Both the position numbers and the translations under genes were made by a program. The notes under the pieces are model-generated. The model saw only the letters and a list, made by a program, of their open reading frames with translations. It had not been told where the DNA came from and did no database searches. Shown here in pieces: positions 57,554-64,000 of a stretch of DNA of 64,000 nucleotides. The first letter of the stretch is position 1. Every line of letters begins with the position of its first letter. Source of the DNA: Minutocellus sp. GHC0000111 (taxonomy: Eukaryota); the NCBI GenBank assembly GCA_977018835.1, contig OZ361260.1, positions 4,154,001-4,218,000 of the forward strand, written 5' to 3'.

Positions 57554-59209
57554 ATGGGCAGAAAGAAGCGCAAGACCGTCGTGGCCTCCGCCGAGGAGGT
57601 TCCACCGCCGGAATCGACCGGAGGACTCGAGGCCGCCATCCCCAAGAAGCAGCAGCATGCCGGACCGCCCCCTACCGACGCTCCGCCGGTGGTACCTGCG
57701 CCTGCGCCTGCTCCAGCAGCGGTCGTCCCTCCCGCCTCGGCTGAACCGAGCGATGACGACAAAGGCAGTCAGGCCCCGGCATCGTCGGGATATGCCATGA
57801 CGTCCCATTCGGCCGAGCTCATCGTGTCGGATCACTACCTGTCGAGCGGTTCGGACGAAAGTTCCGTCGAGGGCGACGAGAACGATGGAGGTGGCGGCAT
57901 CAGCTCCAACAAGCTCGATGCGCCCGTCGACATATTGCTGGCATCGTCCAAGATGGGACTGATGCGGCGGACGAGGGGAGAGCGGACGGCCGCCACGGCC
58001 AAGACGTGGGTGCGGGGACAGGACAACAAGGACGGCGGTGCCGGCGGCGGAGACGGGGCCGACCAGGGCGGTGCCGGCGGAGACGGGAGTGCCATGGACA
58101 TTGACGGAGAGGGCGGTGCCGATGGAGGGATCGGTGACGATGTTCCGGCCACCACGGCCGCCGAGCAGGCCGAGGCCGAGCGGAAGCGCGAGGAGGAGGA
58201 GCTGGCGGCCCTCGATCCGGCGGAGAGGGCGGCCCGGCTCATGGCCCAAAAGGCTGCCAAGCTCGAGGAGGCCAAGGCCAAGGAACGGCGGCTGATCTCG
58301 GAGGAGAATGCCGGCCGTGATCCATGCCTGTTCTCCAAGCGTACCGCGTTCGACATTCGCATGGACCAGATCGAGGACAAGCCATGGAACCGTGGCGGAG
58401 ACATCACCGACTACTTCAACTACGGGATGGGCGAAGAGGATTGGCTGGAGTACTCCGAATTCCAAATGGCCATCCGGCAGGAGCTGACGGACGCGTCGAA
58501 GCAAAGCCGGAGGCCGGATCCTACGCTGGTGCCCGTCAACCCAAGAGCGCCGAGGAAGCAGCAGCCAAGGGTGGCCGTGGCGGTCAAGAAAAAGAAAAAG
58601 CAGGAGGACGACGAGGAGGAGGTGGATCTGAAGAATGTCCCCGGTCCGCAGGCGGTACCGAATGCGGCCGACGCTGATGGCAGTGGTGGTAACGATAACA
58701 AGGATGGCAATGGCGGTGCCAAGGTCAAGAAGGAGGGTGGCGAAGGTGCTACCGACGGGGATGGCAAGGATAAGGCGAAGAAAGAGGAAGACGATGACAT
58801 CGGGGCCGGGGCATGGGGCGCCGGTGCAGCGCCAGGGTCGATGCTGGCCCGTCTCATTGAAGAACAGGAGCAAAGGGAGCGTGGTGGTGGCGTTGGCGGC
58901 GGAATGGGTCCGGGGGGTCCGGGGGGCTTTGGAGGTGGTGGCTATGGCGACGCTCCACCGCAACAGCAGGGACACTACCCTGGCCAATATGGCGGCCCGC
59001 CGCCGCCGCCTGGACATTTTGGAGGGCGTGGCCCTCCTCCACCGGGTCGAGGCTTTCCTCCTGGTCGTGGTGGATTCGGCGGTTTCCCGGGAGGTCGGGG
59101 CTTCGGCGGCAGAGGCCCACCCGATGGGCACTGGAGAGGTGGTGGTGGCCCGGGAAGGGGGGGCTTTGGTGGTAGAGGAAGGTTCGGCGGCAGAGGAGGA
59201 AGATGGTAA
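57554..59209 (+). CDS. FIP1: Pre-mRNA 3'-processing factor Fip1
   Basis: FDI.MDQIEDKPW..GGDITDYFNYGM.EEDWLEY; RGG-rich tail. Confidence 0.92.
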   Translation: MGRKKRKTVVASAEEVPPPESTGGLEAAIPKKQQHAGPPPTDAPPVVPAPAPAPAAVVPPASAEPSDDDKGSQAPASSGYAMTSHSAELIVSDHYLSSGSDESSVEGDENDGGGGISSNKLDAPVDILLASSKMGLMRRTRGERTAATAKTWVRGQDNKDGGAGGGDGADQGGAGGDGSAMDIDGEGGADGGIGDDVPATTAAEQAEAERKREEEELAALDPAERAARLMAQKAAKLEEAKAKERRLISEENAGRDPCLFSKRTAFDIRMDQIEDKPWNRGGDITDYFNYGMGEEDWLEYSEFQMAIRQELTDASKQSRRPDPTLVPVNPRAPRKQQPRVAVAVKKKKKQEDDEEEVDLKNVPGPQAVPNAADADGSGGNDNKDGNGGAKVKKEGGEGATDGDGKDKAKKEEDDDIGAGAWGAGAAPGSMLARLIEEQEQRERGGGVGGGMGPGGPGGFGGGGYGDAPPQQQGHYPGQYGGPPPPPGHFGGRGPPPPGRGFPPGRGGFGGFPGGRGFGGRGPPDGHWRGGGGPGRGGFGGRGRFGGRGGRW

Positions 59210-59332
59210 TAGTAACTACGTAATAGGTTCAATGATCAATACTCTTCCTAAAACTTACTCTTGCCTGTATTATTTATACGTAGTAGTATATTTTACAGTC
59301 TACTATATAGCCCTTTTAGCAGCTTATTGTGC

Positions 59333-62300
59333 TTAACGAGGCACAGCAATATCGAACTCTTCACAGGCCTCCTTGAAGATGTTGTTAAGACCACTCCAGA
59401 TGTTGACCGCATAGTGATAGTAATCGGTGCCCTCGCCATTGAATACGCAGCAATTTCGGAAAACCTTGATCAGATCTTCCTGAAGCTCGTGCATGTCCTG
59501 GTAGGCCGGTAATCTCTCCTCGTCGATCGTTCGAAAGTCCATCGGCTCTGATACTACGCTCAGATACGAGTCGGCAACCTCCGGAAAGGCTTCCACAACT
59601 GGAGCAGTGAATAGACCCTCAGTGTCGGCCTCAGCACAAACCTCAAGAATTTTCTTGGATACCTTGGTAATGTCCCTGAGGTCAACGATTGGGGGCCACT
59701 TTGAGAGATCGGGATAGTAGAGATCTCCACCCGTCTTCTTTTTTGCGCCTGCTTTCGACTTCTTTTGAGCGCTCCCACTAGCCGCAGCGGAGCGCTTCCG
59801 GCGCTTTGTAGAGGCTCTTGCACTGGCAACATATTCGTCGCTACCTTCGCTAGAAGCACTGTGGTCGCCATCGCTGTGCTCGTGATCACTTTCTTCCTCC
59901 TCGCTTTCTGATTCTCCCTCACTCGGGCCACTGATGGAAGATTCCGACTCCTCGTCGCTGGTCTCCTGGCGCCGGGCAGCAACACGTCTACGAGGTGATG
60001 ACCTTCGGCCCTGTGCCGCTGCAGTGGCTGCTGAGCGTTTTGTTCCTCGTCTTGACGGTCGAGTCTCTTCAGGCTCATCATCTTCTTCTTCATTGTCATT
60101 GTCGTCTGATTGATATATTTCATCGTCAGAGTTGACCTCAGTATACCTAACAGCACTTCTCTTGCGAGCTCTTGGCGACGATCTGGTATTTTGCGATGAC
60201 TCTGGTGTACTCGCAGTACGCCTAGATGGTTGTCGGCGAGACGATCTTGCACGTTGTTTCACCTCTTCCTCCTCCGATTCATTTTCATCGTCGCTTTCTT
60301 CGTGGTGGTCTGCATCCGAATCGACTTCCTCGTACGAAACATTCTGCCCTCTTCTTCCTCGACGAGGAGATGAACGGGTTGGGCGTGTTTGGCTTGAAGA
60401 TCTTGCCGACGAAGCAGCGACAGTCGTTCGTCTTGGCGATCGTCTTCTTCCCCTTGCTGAAGCTGCAGCTTCTTGATCGTCGCCTGAGGAGTCTTCTGGC
60501 GGTGTGTGATATCCAGTCTCCTCGCCGGCGTCATCTCCTGGGTCAGCATTAGACCTACTCGTACGGGTAGATCGACGAGACCGACTACTGCCACCCCCAG
60601 GAGCAGTCGCAGCGGACAAGTTGATCCGCAGGCTCCTCCTTCCCGAACGAGTGCGAGTGTCAGCCTCGCCATCATCTTCTTCGTCTTCCTGCGCCGGTGG
60701 CGGTAAAGCCTCAAGGGATGAACGCAAAGATCGACGGGAAGACCGGTTAGTCGAATGGGACTGAGCTCCTTCCTGGAAAAAATGTGAAGATGTGCCAGCT
60801 TGCGCCGAGGACGCCGCAGCAGCTGCTGCACTCCGTCTGCTGGCACGTGCGGATCTACCGGAAGTAGCAGGTGTCTCATCTTCCTCTTCCTCCTGGTGGA
60901 GCTGAGATAACGAATCTACTCGTCGTCTATAGCTTGGTGCAGGAACCTTGGCTGCAGCCTTTTCTCTGAGATCACTGCACATCTCAACGACGTTGTCGTA
61001 CAAATCGTATGCTGCCTGCGTAATATCAGCATTGCGTTCGTTGTATTTGTTGCAATTTTCGCGAATCAGCTTAACATCGGCCTCGAAGCTCAGCACATTA
61101 GTGTAGTAGTCGTTCTCAAGCCTTGTCCTTATGATCGAAAGGTCCATCGGTACTTCCACCAATCGAAGGTAGTCAATGAACAAGGAAGTATCCACCGGGT
61201 GAGAGAACCATTGCTCTACGAGAGGATCCTCTTCAATCTTGTCGAGAATACCAACCAATTCCGACTTTTCGTCATCATCAAGACAAGGTGGGAGAGGAAC
61301 GTCTCGAATCTTTTCTGTCAACAATCCTTCCCAAGCCGATACTTGCGCGTGATCGCCGTTTTCCCATACAATCGCAATGGCATTGTAACCGCTATTCTTG
61401 AAGTGCATTTCTCGTTCACGGCGAGAAAACACCATGTCCGAGATTTCACTTCCCCAGGGGATGTACTCGGCATCCTCGACATCACCGCCCTCATCTTCTA
61501 CCGATGGTTGGAAGTAGCAGGTATACTGCAGACCATGGGCGTTACGTCGGGAGCTAATGGCCTCTTGGAGTGACTCGATCTTCCACGCGTAGAGGTGTTC
61601 GGGCACGATGAAATCAACTTGACCATTCTCAAACACGCTGACCTCAAAGGTGATACTGCTCGAACGAGTCTGCCTCGAAATAAACTCAGGCTCTGGCCAA
61701 GGGAAAGTCCCATCTGATGAAAGCTGAGGAATGCCTGTAACTTCTAATTTGAGAAACGCCACAATACTTGTGAGTGGCTCACTGCCGCGGCGAGCCAAGA
61801 AATACTGTTCATACGGAAATCTGTACCGAATGTCTTTTACGGTACAACGAACGACGGGCCACGCGCTGCTCTGTGGCCACGATTTCCATGGCACAGATGC
61901 GCTATTTCCGGTGGGATACTCCTTGAGAGTATCGTAATGAGCCTTGGGAATGTAAATGACAGAATCTCCAACCTGCGGCGCATACTTTTTCCGTCCACAA
62001 AGACCTAAATGAGACTCCATCCGACTGACCCACGCTCTTCGGACAGGAGGGACACGTGCACCCTCAGGAAGTCGGAAGACATGTCCTAAAACATTGTAAT
62101 CCTCAACATATTCTCCAGAGGGGTTGGTAGCGGTGCTCAACATTTCGGCAAACTCGTCCTCGCTGTCACTGTCGTCTTCGTACACACGTCTTTCTCGGCC
62201 TTGTTGCCTTGCCGATGATCGAGAAGGCTGACTCGGCGAGGATTGAGATCGTGCATTGTTGCGACGATTACGACGACGGCGCGATCGCGACGATTGAGAC

Positions 62301-64000
62301 CGGGATTGACTCTGCCGCCTTCTGCTGGATCTGCGTCGACCACCAGCGTCATCGTCAGAGCCGATACTAATCACATCATCGTCGTCATCGTCGCTGCTAC
62401 CACTGTCGCTATCTTCTTCATCCTCGCCATTCAATCGTCTGCCTCTGTTCCGACGCCTTGGAGCATCATCGTAATCGTCATCGTCCTCATCTTCGTCACT
62501 TAGAGGCCGTTCATTGATAAGATCATCATAGTCTCCCCACTCGTAATTGCTGGAAAGGGCTCTTCCAGAGGAGGAGGATCTATTTGTTCTCCCGCCGCCT
62601 CCGCTGCTGCGGTTTTGCCTCTGCGGTGAGCCAGAAGCCCTTGCAGCCGCAGCGGCAGTACCGAAGTCATCTTCATCGCCACCATCACCCTCATCTCCAA
62701 TTCCTCCGATGGATGCGCCCATTCTCCGAAGTACCGACGCCATATGTGACTTGACACCATAACGTCCAGCTTCGACGCTGTGGACATTGATAAACGTGCG
62801 CTTTCCCTGAACATTCTGCCAGAGAAGTCCTCCATTTTTCCGCACTTCAAGAGCTCTTTCTCGGACTGAGTACCTTTCGAATCGAACATCTGCCTCGGAT
62901 ATGGGAAGCGGACCGGCCATTTGGCTAAACGCCTCGGTAACTTCTTCCGGGTGGGGAGTACCAGTATGTGTACACCTTGCAGCCTTCGGAGCTAAATGCG
63001 GTGGCTGGCCGGAACCTTTTTCTATGCAGTATCCATGGACGTCGTAGATCATTTCGTAGTAGTCGTTTGCACAGTACTGTTCCTTCATCCAGAATGGTGT
63101 CGCTCGATCGTCGCAATCTTCATCGATGACGATGGTATCGTTGGAAGATGATCCTGACGCCTTCATCTTCTGCACAGAAACAGTCGAGCACAACGTATCG
63201 AGCACAGTGATCCTGCCATTGTCATCTGTCAGCACCAACGACAAGCCATCAGGGCTGAACTGACCATCAAGGTAGGCACAATTTTTTCCTCGACTGCTTG
63301 GTGGTTCCATCGGCCCATGATTGAGTGTGTTGGTGTGTGTAAAGAATGTCTTTCCGGTATCCAGATCCCACATATTGATGAGGCCGTCGCCGCCTGCCGA
63401 GACCAGTATCGACGCGTCCAGCGGATGCGAAATGAGGACAGACGCGCCAAGGGTATGAGCCGATGGCATCCCTAAGAGACACTGGCCTGTACGGCTGTCC
63501 CAAACGTATAGATGCTGAGAATTCGGAACAATAGCCGCCTCTCCTTCTTGAACAGGGCAGGCCTGCGAGGTTACGATCTTGGAATCATCCGACGTCCACT
63601 TGGCACTATCGCAAAATACACCAACACCATTCGATTGGTCCGACGACGATCCGCCTCTGCGACGTGACGGACCAGAAAGTGCACCGGTGCCAGTAGATCC
63701 ACCTCTACCACCAGCACGTGGATTGGTTAAGCGAATATGAATCTGCTTGATGCCGTCGAACTTTACCCTTCCAGTCTGGCCGTCGGCATTAATGGCTGGG
63801 GCGGTCTCATTACCCCAAGACCATATCCTGACGACGCCATCCTTTTGACTTGCGGTGAGGATGCGATCACCAGCGTTGGAGTAGTCAATATCGGTGATGG
63901 AGTTGAGATGACCCATGAGTGTTGCGAGCAAATTCGCCTTTGATGGCCCCGCAGCTCCACTTCCGGTACCGCTACGAAGTGTCCTCAGACGACCTGACGT
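59333..64000 (-). CDS. BRWD/PHIP-like WD40 plus tandem bromodomain protein (5' partial)
   Basis: WD repeats (GH..ITD, DGQFSPDG), YAPQVGDSVIY, F.HPVD..DY..VEVPMDLS.I..RL, PMDFRTI..NCCVFN. Confidence 0.92.
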   Translation of the reverse strand, partial: TSGRLRTLRSGTGSGAAGPSKANLLATLMGHLNSITDIDYSNAGDRILTASQKDGVVRIWSWGNETAPAINADGQTGRVKFDGIKQIHIRLTNPRAGGRGGSTGTGALSGPSRRRGGSSSDQSNGVGVFCDSAKWTSDDSKIVTSQACPVQEGEAAIVPNSQHLYVWDSRTGQCLLGMPSAHTLGASVLISHPLDASILVSAGGDGLINMWDLDTGKTFFTHTNTLNHGPMEPPSSRGKNCAYLDGQFSPDGLSLVLTDDNGRITVLDTLCSTVSVQKMKASGSSSNDTIVIDEDCDDRATPFWMKEQYCANDYYEMIYDVHGYCIEKGSGQPPHLAPKAARCTHTGTPHPEEVTEAFSQMAGPLPISEADVRFERYSVRERALEVRKNGGLLWQNVQGKRTFINVHSVEAGRYGVKSHMASVLRRMGASIGGIGDEGDGGDEDDFGTAAAAARASGSPQRQNRSSGGGGRTNRSSSSGRALSSNYEWGDYDDLINERPLSDEDEDDDDYDDAPRRRNRGRRLNGEDEEDSDSGSSDDDDDDVISIGSDDDAGGRRRSSRRRQSQSRSQSSRSRRRRNRRNNARSQSSPSQPSRSSARQQGRERRVYEDDSDSEDEFAEMLSTATNPSGEYVEDYNVLGHVFRLPEGARVPPVRRAWVSRMESHLGLCGRKKYAPQVGDSVIYIPKAHYDTLKEYPTGNSASVPWKSWPQSSAWPVVRCTVKDIRYRFPYEQYFLARRGSEPLTSIVAFLKLEVTGIPQLSSDGTFPWPEPEFISRQTRSSSITFEVSVFENGQVDFIVPEHLYAWKIESLQEAISSRRNAHGLQYTCYFQPSVEDEGGDVEDAEYIPWGSEISDMVFSRREREMHFKNSGYNAIAIVWENGDHAQVSAWEGLLTEKIRDVPLPPCLDDDEKSELVGILDKIEEDPLVEQWFSHPVDTSLFIDYLRLVEVPMDLSIIRTRLENDYYTNVLSFEADVKLIRENCNKYNERNADITQAAYDLYDNVVEMCSDLREKAAAKVPAPSYRRRVDSLSQLHQEEEEDETPATSGRSARASRRSAAAAAASSAQAGTSSHFFQEGAQSHSTNRSSRRSLRSSLEALPPPAQEDEEDDGEADTRTRSGRRSLRINLSAATAPGGGSSRSRRSTRTSRSNADPGDDAGEETGYHTPPEDSSGDDQEAAASARGRRRSPRRTTVAASSARSSSQTRPTRSSPRRGRRGQNVSYEEVDSDADHHEESDDENESEEEEVKQRARSSRRQPSRRTASTPESSQNTRSSPRARKRSAVRYTEVNSDDEIYQSDDNDNEEEDDEPEETRPSRRGTKRSAATAAAQGRRSSPRRRVAARRQETSDEESESSISGPSEGESESEEEESDHEHSDGDHSASSEGSDEYVASARASTKRRKRSAAASGSAQKKSKAGAKKKTGGDLYYPDLSKWPPIVDLRDITKVSKKILEVCAEADTEGLFTAPVVEAFPEVADSYLSVVSEPMDFRTIDEERLPAYQDMHELQEDLIKVFRNCCVFNGEGTDYYHYAVNIWSGLNNIFKEACEEFDIAVPR

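Noticed and set aside
57530..59131. Long antisense ORFs (also 1448-2614, 11061-12116, 38273-39325, 54102-54629)
   Set aside because: Shadows of GC-rich codon usage on the true coding strand

Overview
Gene-dense eukaryotic nuclear DNA with short GT-AG introns. It is most likely a diatom; this is inferred from the NirB/NirD-fused nitrite reductase, a bHLH-PAS factor, bipartite-type presequences and an LRGG-bearing thioredoxin. About 27 protein genes are recognisable: RBBP4/MSI1, a CRAL-TRIO protein, a 2OG-Fe(II) oxygenase, TADA1-like, cyclophilin-like, ATAD3-like, HMG-box, thioredoxin, Mpv17, aldo-keto reductase, NirB, bHLH-PAS, TPR, RPS19, CENP-O-like, patatin, a mitochondrial carrier, RPL27A, FIP1, BRWD/PHIP-like and others. 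There is also one tRNA-Asn(GTT), two decayed mobile-element relics (a Transib/RAG1-like DDE transposase and a tyrosine recombinase) and an unidentified pseudogene. Most notable: (1) an ATAD3-like AAA ATPase carrying a signal-peptide-like leader and an apparently non-catalytic Peptidase_S74/MYRF-type chaperone domain; (2) a heavy load of nonsense and frameshift lesions in non-essential genes, including a NirB lacking most of its FAD domain; (3) a tyrosine-recombinase relic with a convergent orphan ORF and palindromic ends; (4) a TGACGT cluster upstream of bHLH-PAS; (5) an SGNH/NXPE-like plus sulfotransferase fusion. All family calls come from motif recognition by eye; no database searches were run.
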